Assembly (NCBI GenBank): GCA_963780225.1
Contig: CAWAAX010000010.1
Coordinates: 1 to 54,919, forward strand
Source of the DNA: an uncultured bacterium
Lineage (GTDB): Bacteria > Edwardsbacteria > AC1 > EtOH8
Direction of reading: 5' to 3'
DNA length: 54,919 nt
Both the position numbers and the translations under genes were made by a program. Below, piece after piece: positions 30,752-39,819 of the stretch. Position 1 is the first letter of the stretch. Each line of letters opens with the position of its first letter. The notes under the pieces are model-generated. The model was not told where the DNA came from. It did not search any database and worked only from the letters and a program-made list of their open reading frames with translations.

Positions 30752-31960
30752 TTAGAACTTCACCTGCAGCTGGGCCGAAAGGATGTTGTTCTTGTACGGC
30801 CGGTAGACCAGGTCTTCCTGCTTGATGTCGTAGTTCAGACTGATCTTGGTATTGGGATTCAGGAAATAGTCCGCGCCCAGCGTCCAGACCGTGGTCCGGG
30901 CCTCGGTCCTGGTCCAGACGGTATCGGTCTCGGTGGCGCTGATCCTGACGGTGTCGGGCTTCCAGGAATAGTATTCGCGGTACAGGTCGCCCCTGACGCT
31001 GACCTTCAGCTTCTGCATGGGCACATAGCCCACTGTAACGTAAGCGCCGCGCATCAGCTTGTCGGCCACGCCGCTCAGCTTGGTATAGGTCTTGGTGGCA
31101 ATGGTCCTGGTGTAGTAATAGGTAGTATCATGCCAGGTCCCGGTGGTGTCCATATAGCCGCCGGGGATGGTGTCTCTGACGGTCTTGGTGGTGTTGCGGT
31201 AAAGCGAATCCGACAGCACTTTGTCATCGCTCCCGATCATGATCTCGCCCCGGGCGAACAGCTTGCCCATTTCATAATTAGCCTCCAGCCCGGCGTGGCG
31301 GTTGTAATAGCTCTTCCCGGCGGTGTTCTGGGTGCCGTATTCCACCGAGCCGCCCACGGTCATGCCCGCCAGCGGAGCATAGACGATGCGGGAAACCACT
31401 GTCTTTGACGGATTGGCATCCTTTTCGTTGTAGGGGGAGCCGTTGCCCACCGAAAGTGAATAATTCAGATCATTCCAGACGCCGAAGCCCATCACCCCCA
31501 CCTCCCGGTTGCTGGCGTTGAACTTCCCGGTAAGCTGGGCGGCGCTGACGAAATCCATGCTGGTGGCCGCCAGCATCTGCTCATATCCGAAAGGCCGCTT
31601 GTACTGGCCCACCCGGAATGAATACAGCTTGGAGGGTTTCCAGTCGGCGTAGGCGTCGAACAGCCAGGTGGCATAGACCGTGCTGGTGCCGACCTTGGTG
31701 GCCTTGTTGGAAGACAGGCAGATCCGGTAGGCCAGGTTGTCCCAGGCATCTCCGCTGACCACTATGGCTGCGTCCTTGGCCTCGAAACCAGAGGGATAGG
31801 TGACCAAGGTGTCGTGGTACAGGGTGTCCATGTAGGTGATCTTAAGCCAGCCCGAAACCTTGAAGGTGGGGTATGCCTGCTTGGCGTCGGTCTTAACATC
31901 AAAGGCAAAGGCTGATCCGGCTAAGGCAATGACCATGGCCAGTAAAAATATTCTTTTCAT
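30752..31960 (-). CDS. Outer-membrane porin (OprO/OprP-like anion porin)
   Basis: Signal peptide, LFDAYADW, RVGQYKRPFGYE, C-terminal QLQVKF. Confidence 0.75.
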   Translation of the reverse strand: MKRIFLLAMVIALAGSAFAFDVKTDAKQAYPTFKVSGWLKITYMDTLYHDTLVTYPSGFEAKDAAIVVSGDAWDNLAYRICLSSNKATKVGTSTVYATWLFDAYADWKPSKLYSFRVGQYKRPFGYEQMLAATSMDFVSAAQLTGKFNASNREVGVMGFGVWNDLNYSLSVGNGSPYNEKDANPSKTVVSRIVYAPLAGMTVGGSVEYGTQNTAGKSYYNRHAGLEANYEMGKLFARGEIMIGSDDKVLSDSLYRNTTKTVRDTIPGGYMDTTGTWHDTTYYYTRTIATKTYTKLSGVADKLMRGAYVTVGYVPMQKLKVSVRGDLYREYYSWKPDTVRISATETDTVWTRTEARTTVWTLGADYFLNPNTKISLNYDIKQEDLVYRPYKNNILSAQLQVKF

Positions 31961-32031
31961 TATCTCTCTCTTTTAGATATTTGGTTGAATGTCTATCCAA
32001 TTGACTCAGGAACACACGTCAAAAGTTTTTC

Positions 32032-32153
32032 TATCCGCAGATTTCACAGATTTTCACAGATTACTTATGTTTAATCTAATTTTTTTGTACAAATAAAATC
32101 GTTACCATCATTCGGCTAACGCTCATGACGGCATCTGCGTTAATCTGTGGATA
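32032..32153. repeat. 9-bp-period inverted repeat (CAGATT/AATCTG family) with nested hairpin
   Basis: TATCCGCAGATTTCACAGATTTTCACAGATT ... CATCTGCGTTAATCTGTGGATA. Confidence 0.7.
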
Positions 32154-32187
32154 AAGGTTCCTTAGTAAGTTAGATAATCATTTTTGG

Positions 32188-33006
32188 TTATTTGTTTTTG
32201 GCATCGGGGATGTACAGGGGCTCGCCGAATTTGTCCATGCCCGAGACCCGGATCATTTCCTGCACTTCGGGCGAGAGCATGAATTTCACGAACTTTACCG
32301 CCAGGTCGTAGTTAATATGGGGATACTTGGCCGGAGACCCGGTTATTATCCGGATGTAGTTGAGCATCAGCTGGTCGCGCTGGCAGACGATTTTCAGATT
32401 TGGATAATCCTTATTATAAGTCAGCCAGGTGGCCCGATCAGCCAAAGTGTAGGCCCCGTCCTTATTGGCCTTAGCCAGTACCTTGACCGTGCCCAGCCCG
32501 GTCTCGGAATACCACTCGCTGTCAATGGGATCTATCCCGGCGGCCTGCCACAGGGCCATCTCCTTCTGGTGGGTGCCGGACATGTCGGAACGGGAATAGA
32601 ATTTGGACTTGGCATCGCGCACTTTGGCCAAAGCCGCTTTGACGTCGGGCAGCGAACTGTCTATCCCGGCCGGGTTGTCCAGCGGCCCCGCCAGCACAAA
32701 GTCGTTGTACATCAGGTCCCAGGCCTCGGTGCCGAAACCGGCCAGCAGTACCACATCCTCGGCCTTGCGGTCGTGAACTATGGCCACGTCGGCCGCCCCG
32801 GATGCCAGCAGGCCAAGGGCCTTGCCGGTGGGCAGGGAATACAGCAGTATCCTGCAGTCATTCTGCTGTTCGAACTTGGGCAGCAGGTCGGTGTACAGCC
32901 CGGTATCGTAGGGGCTCATGGTGGAGGCCACGATCAGGGTCTGCCCGGCCAGGGCCCAGGAGCTTATTGAAAGGATGATTATACCAATTAATGCGATCTT
33001 TTTCAT
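32188..33006 (-). CDS. TupA-like oxyanion-binding protein (divergent paralog)
   Basis: Colinear with TupA (MYNDFV, SRSDMSGTH, DRATW) but STMS replaces TTTS and PTG replaces GTG. Confidence 0.85.
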   Translation of the reverse strand: MKKIALIGIIILSISSWALAGQTLIVASTMSPYDTGLYTDLLPKFEQQNDCRILLYSLPTGKALGLLASGAADVAIVHDRKAEDVVLLAGFGTEAWDLMYNDFVLAGPLDNPAGIDSSLPDVKAALAKVRDAKSKFYSRSDMSGTHQKEMALWQAAGIDPIDSEWYSETGLGTVKVLAKANKDGAYTLADRATWLTYNKDYPNLKIVCQRDQLMLNYIRIITGSPAKYPHINYDLAVKFVKFMLSPEVQEMIRVSGMDKFGEPLYIPDAKNK

Positions 33007-33834
33007 CTACTTTTTCTCCGCTGCCGGGTAGAACAGGGGCTGGCCGTACTTGTCCACGCCGTACTCGGCGATCAGCTTCTGGCCGCGCTCCGAGGTCAGG
33101 AAGTCCGAGAACTTCTTGGCCAGGGAGTAATTGACGAACGGGTACTTGGCCGGGGCCACCAGCATGATGTGATAGGGGTTGAACAGTTCCTTGTCCCCCT
33201 CGTTCAGGATCGGCAGTTCATATTCCTTCTGGTGGGCCAGGTAGGTGCCGCGGTCGGTCAGGCTGTAGGCCCGCTTTTCGTTGGCGATGCGTAGGATGGC
33301 CTCCATCCCGGCGCCGGCTTCAAGATACCAGGAGCCCTTGGGCTTGACGCCGGCCACTTCCCACAGCCGCTGTTCTTTCTTGTGGGTGCCGGACTGATCG
33401 GCCCGGGAGACGAAGGTTGCCTGCGAAGCCTCTATCTTCTTCAGCGCTTCGGTGGCGGAGGCCAGGCCCTTGATGCCGGCCGGATCCTCGGCCGGGCCGA
33501 CAATGACAAAATCATTGTACATCAGGTATTTCCGTTCCACGAAAAACCCTTCCTTGACCACAACTTCTTCGGCCACCGGGTCGTGGACCATCACGATGTC
33601 GGCGTTGCCGTCCTTGCCGTAGCGGATGGCGGCGCCGGTGCCCACTGCGATGATCTGCACCTTGCAGCCGTTCTCCTTCTCGAAGACGGGAACCAGGAAA
33701 TCCAGCAGTCCCGAATCCATGGTGCTGGTGGTGGTGGCCAGGACCAGCTTGGGCTTGTCCTTGGCCAGGGCCGCCGGAGCCAGCAGGGAAAGCGCCAGAA
33801 GCAGGGAAAGCGCCAGGGTGGTGAACCTCTTCAT
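33007..33834 (-). CDS. tupA: Tungstate ABC transporter substrate-binding protein
   Basis: LATTTSTMDSGLL, AVGTG, MYNDFVIVGP, SRADQSGTH, DRGTY. Confidence 0.93.
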   Translation of the reverse strand: MKRFTTLALSLLLALSLLAPAALAKDKPKLVLATTTSTMDSGLLDFLVPVFEKENGCKVQIIAVGTGAAIRYGKDGNADIVMVHDPVAEEVVVKEGFFVERKYLMYNDFVIVGPAEDPAGIKGLASATEALKKIEASQATFVSRADQSGTHKKEQRLWEVAGVKPKGSWYLEAGAGMEAILRIANEKRAYSLTDRGTYLAHQKEYELPILNEGDKELFNPYHIMLVAPAKYPFVNYSLAKKFSDFLTSERGQKLIAEYGVDKYGQPLFYPAAEKK

Positions 33835-33898
33835 TGTTTCTCCTAAAAGTGTTTATGATGGGTTAATAGTTTATTTTATCACTCTAACTTTTCCGGAA

Positions 33899-34112
33899 CA
33901 GACAGGATTAACATGATTCCAAGGTTATTTATTAGGAATCCATGAAGCCACTTGTGGTGAGTGTGTCGAACCATGAATGCTAAACTGTGGGAACCCTGAT
34001 TGATTCCTGCTTTCCTGGCTTCCTTATAAAATAAATTCGTTTCCCTTAAAATGCTATGCTTCAAATTAAGTGACCTGGTTAATAAATCATAAATAATCCT
34101 GTAAATCCTGTC
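33899..34112. repeat. Three-level nested repeat (family A > family E > 23-bp hairpin)
   Basis: Family A arms at 33899 and 34095; family E at 33931-34028; CTTGTGGTGAGTGTGTCGAACCA at 33951-33973. Confidence 0.8.
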
Positions 34113-34179
34113 AAAGATACCCCATATAATCTATTGTTTGAATGTTCCTTGACCGTTTATACGGCAGGCTTGGTTTAAA

Positions 34180-35808
34180 TCATTTTTCCATGTAGGGGTA
34201 GGGGAAATCCACCGGGGGCAGGTAGTTCTCCTTGATGGTCCGGGGCGAGATCCAGCGCAAAAGATTGTAGACCCCGCCGGCCTTGTCGTTGGTGCCGGAG
34301 GCCCGGGCGCCGCCGAACGGCTGCAATCCCACCATGGCCCCGGAGCATTTGTCGTTGTAATAGAAGTTTCCGGCGGCATAGCGCAGGGCCTGGCAGGCCG
34401 TGACGATGGCCGAGCGTTCCCGGGCGAAGATGGCCCCGGTCAGGGCGTAGGGCGAGGTTTCGTCGCAGATCTTCAGGGTCTCCTCGAACTTGTCATCTTC
34501 GTAGACATGGATGGTCAGCACCGGCCCGAATATCTCCTCCTCCATGGTCACAAAATGCGGGTCGGATGTTTCTATGACGGTGGGCTGGACGAAATACCCT
34601 TTGCTCTTGTCGCCTTCCCCGCCGGCGATGATCCTGGCGGAATTACTGTTCTTGGCCTGGCCGATGTAACCCATGATGGAGTCGAAAGATCTTTCATCTA
34701 TCACCGCGTTGACAAAACAGTCAAAATCCCTGACATCCCCCAGCTTGATGCGCTTAAGCATGCCCTGCATCCTTTCTTTGACCTCGGGCCACAATGATTT
34801 TGGGACATAGCCCCGGGAGCAGGCCGAGCACTTCTGCCCCTGGTATTCAAAAGCTCCCCGGACAAAAGCCGCGGCCACCTGGGTGGGATCGGAGGAATTG
34901 TGGACGAAGATGAAATCCTTGCCGCCGGTCTCCCCCACCAATTTGGGGTATGACTTGTAGGTTCCCAGGTTGTCCGAGACGCCTTTCCACAGGCTGTTGA
35001 AGGTGTTATTGGAACCGGTGAAATGGATCCCGGCCAGTTCCTTGGATTTCAGGGCCTCTCCGCTGATGACCGCGCCCGAGCCGGGCAGGAAGTTGATCAC
35101 CCCGTCGGGCAGGCCGGCCTCCTTGAAGACCTGCATCAGGTAATAGTTCGAGAGCAGCGAGGTGGTGGCCGGCTTCCAGATGGTGGTATTGCCCATCAGC
35201 ACCGGGGCCATGTTCAGGTTGGAACCGATGGCGGTGAAATTGAACGGCGTGATGGTGAAGACGAAACCTTCCAGCGGCCGGAATTCCACCCGGTTCATCT
35301 GCTCCGGGGTGGAAAGCGGCTGTTCCCCGTAGATCTTGGAGATGAAATAGGCGTTGAACCTTAAAAAGTCTATGGTCTCGCCCACCGAGTCTATCTCCGC
35401 CTGAAAGACATTCTTGCCCTGCCCCAGCATGGTGGAGGCGTTGATCAGATTGCGGTATTTGTCGGCGATCAGTTTGGCGGCCTTCAAGGTGATGGCGGTG
35501 CGCTCCACCCAGGACATGGTCATCCAGTTTTCCTTGGCCTGGCAGGCCGCCTGGATGGCCAGCTTGACCTCCTCCGGCCCCACCTGGTGGTACCTGGCCA
35601 GCACATGCCCGTGATCGCAGGGCATCACCACGTCTTTGGTCTTTCCGGTGCGAACCTCCCGCCCGTTGATGATGGCCGGAATATCCACTACTATTGAGGA
35701 CTGCCGCTCCAGTTCTTTTTCCAGGACGGCTCTTTCGGGAGATCGTTTAAGGTAACCGTAAATTGGTTCGTTGCCTGGTATGGCCGTGTTGAATACCGCG
35801 TTGTTCAT
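34180..35808 (-). CDS. pruA: 1-pyrroline-5-carboxylate (glutamate-semialdehyde) dehydrogenase
   Basis: PFNFTAI, GETGGKDF, FEYQGQKCSACSR, EEIFGP, PFGGARASGTNDKAG. Confidence 0.95.
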   Translation of the reverse strand: MNNAVFNTAIPGNEPIYGYLKRSPERAVLEKELERQSSIVVDIPAIINGREVRTGKTKDVVMPCDHGHVLARYHQVGPEEVKLAIQAACQAKENWMTMSWVERTAITLKAAKLIADKYRNLINASTMLGQGKNVFQAEIDSVGETIDFLRFNAYFISKIYGEQPLSTPEQMNRVEFRPLEGFVFTITPFNFTAIGSNLNMAPVLMGNTTIWKPATTSLLSNYYLMQVFKEAGLPDGVINFLPGSGAVISGEALKSKELAGIHFTGSNNTFNSLWKGVSDNLGTYKSYPKLVGETGGKDFIFVHNSSDPTQVAAAFVRGAFEYQGQKCSACSRGYVPKSLWPEVKERMQGMLKRIKLGDVRDFDCFVNAVIDERSFDSIMGYIGQAKNSNSARIIAGGEGDKSKGYFVQPTVIETSDPHFVTMEEEIFGPVLTIHVYEDDKFEETLKICDETSPYALTGAIFARERSAIVTACQALRYAAGNFYYNDKCSGAMVGLQPFGGARASGTNDKAGGVYNLLRWISPRTIKENYLPPVDFPYPYMEK

Positions 35809-35841
35809 TAGTTCCCCTTGCTGTCGTTATGTTTTGGTAAT

Positions 35842-35877
35842 AAAAAAACCCATCCTTTACTGATCTGGAAGGATAGG
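35842..35877 (-). terminator. Riboswitch expression-platform terminator
   Basis: CCTATCCTT/AAGGATGGG stem then T7, about 35 nt before the pruA start. Confidence 0.8.
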
Positions 35878-35936
35878 CGCAAGGGAACCACAACACGGCC
35901 CGTTAAAATTTACGGATCGCTTGCATTCTTGACCAC

Positions 35937-36057
35937 CTCTCCTTTCCAAAATACGGGAGGCAAAGCCGTTTCCAGCCCTACCCTTGTCCGCCTTTTAAGG
36001 GCGGAACCGTCCCGCTATTCATGGCAAATGATGCTTTAGAATAGCGGGATCGGAGAA
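35937..36057 (-). promoter_or_regulatory. Molybdenum/tungsten cofactor (Moco RNA motif) riboswitch
   Basis: 5' CTCCGA, stem TCCCGCTATTC/GAATAGCGGGA, stem TCCGCC/GGCGGA, GGAAAC loop, 3' GCCTCCCGTATTTTGGAAAGGAG; tup/moeA/mobB downstream. Confidence 0.88.
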
Positions 36058-36068
36058 TAATTTATGGG

Positions 36069-36098
36069 ATTATATCAGATATTCCTAGTTGTTGTCAA
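36069..36098 (-). promoter_or_regulatory. Consensus sigma70 promoter driving the riboswitch leader
   Basis: TTGACA-N18-TATAAT with extended -10 TG. Confidence 0.8.
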
Positions 36099-36104
36099 AT
36101 CTAA

Positions 36105-36779
36105 CTACTTGCCCTTCTTAAAGCACATGAACCAATCCAGGCAATATTTGCCTTCCTCCTTTGATTCCACTCTTTCCTTGGCCGCGCCGCAGGAGCCGGG
36201 CGGCGGGATGATCACGTCATCGCCGGGCTGCCAGTTTGCCGGAGTGGCTATGCCTTCGGCATCGGATTTCTGCAGGGCGATCAGCAGGCGTTTGATCTCT
36301 TCCATGTTACGTCCGTTGCTCAACGGATAATAGAGCATGGCCCGGATCTTGGCCTTGGGGTCGATCATGAACACGGCCCTGACAGCCTGAGTGGTGGAAG
36401 CATTCGGCTGGAGCATCCCGAATTTCTTGGCCACCTCCATTTTGATGTCCTCTATCAGGGGGAATTTCACCTCGATGTTCTTCAGGCCTTTGTATTCGAT
36501 CTTTTCCTTGATGGTCCTCAGCCAGGCAATATGGGCATAGATGCTGTCGATGGAGAGACCTATCAACTGGCAGTTGAGTTTTTTGAAGTCTTCGTCCATG
36601 GAGGCAAAGGTCATGAACTCGGTAGTGCAGACCGGGGTGAAATCGGCCGGATGGCTGAATAGGATGACCCATTTCCCCTTGTAATCTTCCGGGAAATTGA
36701 TCTCCCCCATGGTGGTCTTGGCCTTAAATTGGGGAGCATCATCGCCTATCAGCGGCATGGGGGTTCTTTGCTCTTCCAT
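36105..36779 (-). CDS. Peroxiredoxin (Prx6 subfamily)
   Basis: FSHPADFTPVCTTE, GRNMEEI, TPANW, C-terminal CLDWFMC; GGAGGT RBS before ATG 36779. Confidence 0.93.
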   Translation of the reverse strand: MEEQRTPMPLIGDDAPQFKAKTTMGEINFPEDYKGKWVILFSHPADFTPVCTTEFMTFASMDEDFKKLNCQLIGLSIDSIYAHIAWLRTIKEKIEYKGLKNIEVKFPLIEDIKMEVAKKFGMLQPNASTTQAVRAVFMIDPKAKIRAMLYYPLSNGRNMEEIKRLLIALQKSDAEGIATPANWQPGDDVIIPPPGSCGAAKERVESKEEGKYCLDWFMCFKKGK

Positions 36780-36802
36780 TTTCCGTACCTCCTTGTTGGT
36801 TT

Positions 36803-37573
36803 TTATTTCCGGTTGACCATGCTTACGGCCGCCTGGTCGGTGGGCATGATGATGATGTCCTCGATGTTGACGTGGGCCGGCCGGGAGCAGGCCCAGACCA
36901 CCGCCTCGGCGATGTCCTCCGGCCTTAATGGCGTCATCCCCTGGTAGACCTTGTCCGCCCGCTGTTGGTCCCCGTGGAACCGGACCACCGAGAACTCGGT
37001 CTCGGCAAAGCCGGGATCCACTGAGGTCACCCGGATAGCGGTGCCGAAGGCATCCATCCGCATGGCCTTGTTCAGGGCCTTTACCGCGTGCTTGGTGGCG
37101 TTGTAGACGTTGCCGGCCGGGTAGACCTCGTGCCCGGCGATGGAGCCAATGTTGACGATGTGGCCGGAGTTGCGCTTGACCATGCCCGGCATCACCGCCC
37201 GGGTGACATAGAGCAGGCCCTTGATGTTGGTGTCGATCATCTCCTCCCAGTTCTGGATGACGCCTTCCTGGATCTTCTCCAGCCCCCGGGACAGCCCGGC
37301 ATTGTTCAGCAGAATGTCGATATTCGCCCATTCCGCCGGCAAGTTGTCTATGGCTTTCTGTACCGCCTTCTGATCCCTGACATCCAGCGATATGGTAAGC
37401 ACTTCTGACTTGTATTCCTTGGACAGTTTGGCGGCCAAAGCATCCAGACGGTCCTTGCGCCGGGCAGCCAGGATCAGCCTGGCGCCCTGTTTGGCAAACT
37501 CCACTGCGGAGGCCTGACCTATTCCGCTGGAAGCACCGGTTATAAGGACTAACTTATTGTTAAAGTATTGCAT
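36803..37573 (-). CDS. SDR oxidoreductase (YdfG-like)
   Basis: TGASSGIG, NNAG, YNATK, PAHVNI. Confidence 0.92.
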   Translation of the reverse strand: MQYFNNKLVLITGASSGIGQASAVEFAKQGARLILAARRKDRLDALAAKLSKEYKSEVLTISLDVRDQKAVQKAIDNLPAEWANIDILLNNAGLSRGLEKIQEGVIQNWEEMIDTNIKGLLYVTRAVMPGMVKRNSGHIVNIGSIAGHEVYPAGNVYNATKHAVKALNKAMRMDAFGTAIRVTSVDPGFAETEFSVVRFHGDQQRADKVYQGMTPLRPEDIAEAVVWACSRPAHVNIEDIIIMPTDQAAVSMVNRK

Positions 37574-37586
37574 TATTTTGTCCTGC

Positions 37587-38891
37587 TTATATTATGTCTT
37601 TTATTAACTTAACTGTCTCTGGTTTGTTGTCTGAAATCGTTATGCATCCATGCAGCCGCCTAGCCGCTTCCCGTCCCTTTTGTTCATCGTTGCAAAGCAC
37701 TTTGACCATCGTTTCCCCGGCTTTTACCTGGTCGCCGATCCTGCGTTCAAAGATAAACCCGGCCGAGGGATCGATCACATCATCCATCTTCAGCCGGCCG
37801 CAGCCCAAAAAGACCCCGGTCATTCCCACTTCGCGGTTGTCCATGGAAAAGATGTATCCGGGTCGCTCCGCTTTTGCCTCGATGACATGCTTGGCTTGGG
37901 GTAATATCATCTTATAATCATCTGCCACTTTGACATCCCCGCCGTGGGCCGCCACCATCTCCCTGAACTTCTCCAGGCCCTGGCCGGAAGAGACAATCTG
38001 CTGTAAAATCCTCTTGCCGGACTCCACGTCATTGGCCCGTTCGCCCATCACCAGCATTTCGGCCCCCAGGACATAGGTCAACTCCATCAGGTCGGCAGGG
38101 CCCTTGCCCTTCAGGCATTCCACGCATTCTTCTATCTCCAGCGCATTGCCCACCGCCCGGCCCAGCGGCTGGTTCATGTCGGTGATCAGGGCCTTCATCT
38201 TTTTGCCCATCCCCTGCCCTATGGCCGTCATGGTCTTGGTGAGCTCCAAAGCATCCTGGTGCTTCTGCATGAAGGCCCCGCTGCCGATCTTAACGTCCAG
38301 CACCAGCCCGTCGGCCCCCTCGGCCAGCTTCTTGGACATGATGCTGGCGGCTATCAGCGGAATGCAGTCCACCGTGGCGGTGACGTCCCGCAGGGCGTAG
38401 AGCTTCTTGTCGGCCGGGGCCAGGTCCGGGGTCTGCCCCATCATGGCCAGCCCGATCCGGGCCAAGGTGTGGCGGAACTCGTCGTAAGACAGGTTGGTGC
38501 GGAAACCGGGAATGGATTCCAGCTTGTCCAGCGTCCCGCCGGTGTGGCCCAGGCCCCGCCCGCTGACCATCGGCACCGGCACTCCGGCCGCCGCCACCAT
38601 CGGCGCCAGGATTATGGAGACCTTGTCCCCCACCCCGCCGGTGGAATGCTTGTCAATCTTGATGCCGGGAATGTCGGAGAGATCAAACACCCGTCCCGAG
38701 TTCATCATGGCCATGGCCAGCTCGGTGGTTTCCTGCGGGGTCATGCCCTTCAGGAAGATGGCCATTAAAAGGGCCGAGGTCTGGTAGTCCGGTATGGCCC
38801 CGGATGTGTAACTGGCGATGAACCATTTTATCTCGGAAGCCGAGAGTTCACCGCCGTTGCGTTTTTTATAGATAATCTCGTATGGGGTCAT
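37587..38891 (-). CDS. pdp: Pyrimidine-nucleoside/thymidine phosphorylase
   Basis: DKHSTGGVGDK, SGRGLGHTGGTLDKLESIPG, SIMSKK. Confidence 0.95.
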   Translation of the reverse strand: MTPYEIIYKKRNGGELSASEIKWFIASYTSGAIPDYQTSALLMAIFLKGMTPQETTELAMAMMNSGRVFDLSDIPGIKIDKHSTGGVGDKVSIILAPMVAAAGVPVPMVSGRGLGHTGGTLDKLESIPGFRTNLSYDEFRHTLARIGLAMMGQTPDLAPADKKLYALRDVTATVDCIPLIAASIMSKKLAEGADGLVLDVKIGSGAFMQKHQDALELTKTMTAIGQGMGKKMKALITDMNQPLGRAVGNALEIEECVECLKGKGPADLMELTYVLGAEMLVMGERANDVESGKRILQQIVSSGQGLEKFREMVAAHGGDVKVADDYKMILPQAKHVIEAKAERPGYIFSMDNREVGMTGVFLGCGRLKMDDVIDPSAGFIFERRIGDQVKAGETMVKVLCNDEQKGREAARRLHGCITISDNKPETVKLIKDII

Positions 38892-38938
38892 GCTCTCTCC
38901 GGTCAATAAAGTGATAGGCTCAAAGATGCCCGGATCGT

Positions 38939-39541
38939 TCAGAATTTCAGGATGAACGTCACCAGAAACGGCACCAGTATGGTCAACACCACACCGCTGA
39001 ATACAGAGATCACGGCATACTCTTTTCCGGTGAATCTGGTGATCACGGGAAGTGTGGTATCCATGGAGGTGGCCCCGCCCGAGGCTATGGGAGCCAGTTT
39101 CCCGAAATACTTCAGCAGCAACGGGGTGCCCAGTAAAGTGATTATCTCCCGGGAGATGTTGGAGATCAGGGCCACCACTCCCAGAGTCTTTCCGCTGATC
39201 TGCGAGATGAATATGCTGGACAGGCTGTAATACCCGAACCCGGCGCCGACTGCCAGCGATTCACGCAAGCTGATGTCTTTTAGGAATAGCGACATGAACG
39301 CCACGCCGGTCAGGGTGCCGGTGATAATGGTCAATGGGACCAGAACGATCTTCAGCCTGGCGTTTTTAAGCACCTCCCAGGCTTTCTTGTCAACGCCGAT
39401 ACCAATCCCCACCAGGAACATCAGGACATACAGGGCGTAGGCGCTGAGATCGTTCTTCAGCCAGGCTGCGGGAAGCAGGGAATATATTCCGGCCAGTATC
39501 CCCAGCACGAAAAAGCCGACGATGATGAGCGAGTTCTTCAT
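38939..39541 (-). CDS. LysO/DUF340 family exporter, large subunit
   Basis: GFGYYSLS, NISRE, GGATSMDTTLP. Confidence 0.88.
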   Translation of the reverse strand: MKNSLIIVGFFVLGILAGIYSLLPAAWLKNDLSAYALYVLMFLVGIGIGVDKKAWEVLKNARLKIVLVPLTIITGTLTGVAFMSLFLKDISLRESLAVGAGFGYYSLSSIFISQISGKTLGVVALISNISREIITLLGTPLLLKYFGKLAPIASGGATSMDTTLPVITRFTGKEYAVISVFSGVVLTILVPFLVTFILKF

Positions 39542-39813
39542 TCTTTTGGGGCGAAGAACAGTTTGTAGGTAAAATAGGAAAGGCCTACGCTTCCCGCCAC
39601 CGCGCCCAAAGTCAGCGCCAGGGCCGTCAGCCCCAGGGTCCCCAGGTTCCTGATTATCGTTTCATTTGACCCTACCGAGATCCCCAGCATCAGGAGCAGC
39701 AAATAAATTGCCGCATTTATCAGGCGGTCCAGGTATTTGGCCGCCCCGGACACATTCCGGGCCAGGTATCCTACGATGATCCCTGCGGTCATCAAAAGAA
39801 GAACGGTGAACAT
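39538..39813 (-). CDS. LysO/DUF340 family exporter, small subunit
   Basis: LLLLMLGISVGSN; coupled to the next gene. Confidence 0.8.
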   Translation of the reverse strand: MFTVLLLMTAGIIVGYLARNVSGAAKYLDRLINAAIYLLLLMLGISVGSNETIIRNLGTLGLTALALTLGAVAGSVGLSYFTYKLFFAPKE

Positions 39814-39819
39814 TCGGGC

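Noticed and set aside
36780..37331. 408-aa ORF suggesting an N-terminally extended peroxiredoxin
   Set aside because: The extension is an alternate frame of the SDR gene; the real start is ATG 36779 with a GGAGGT RBS
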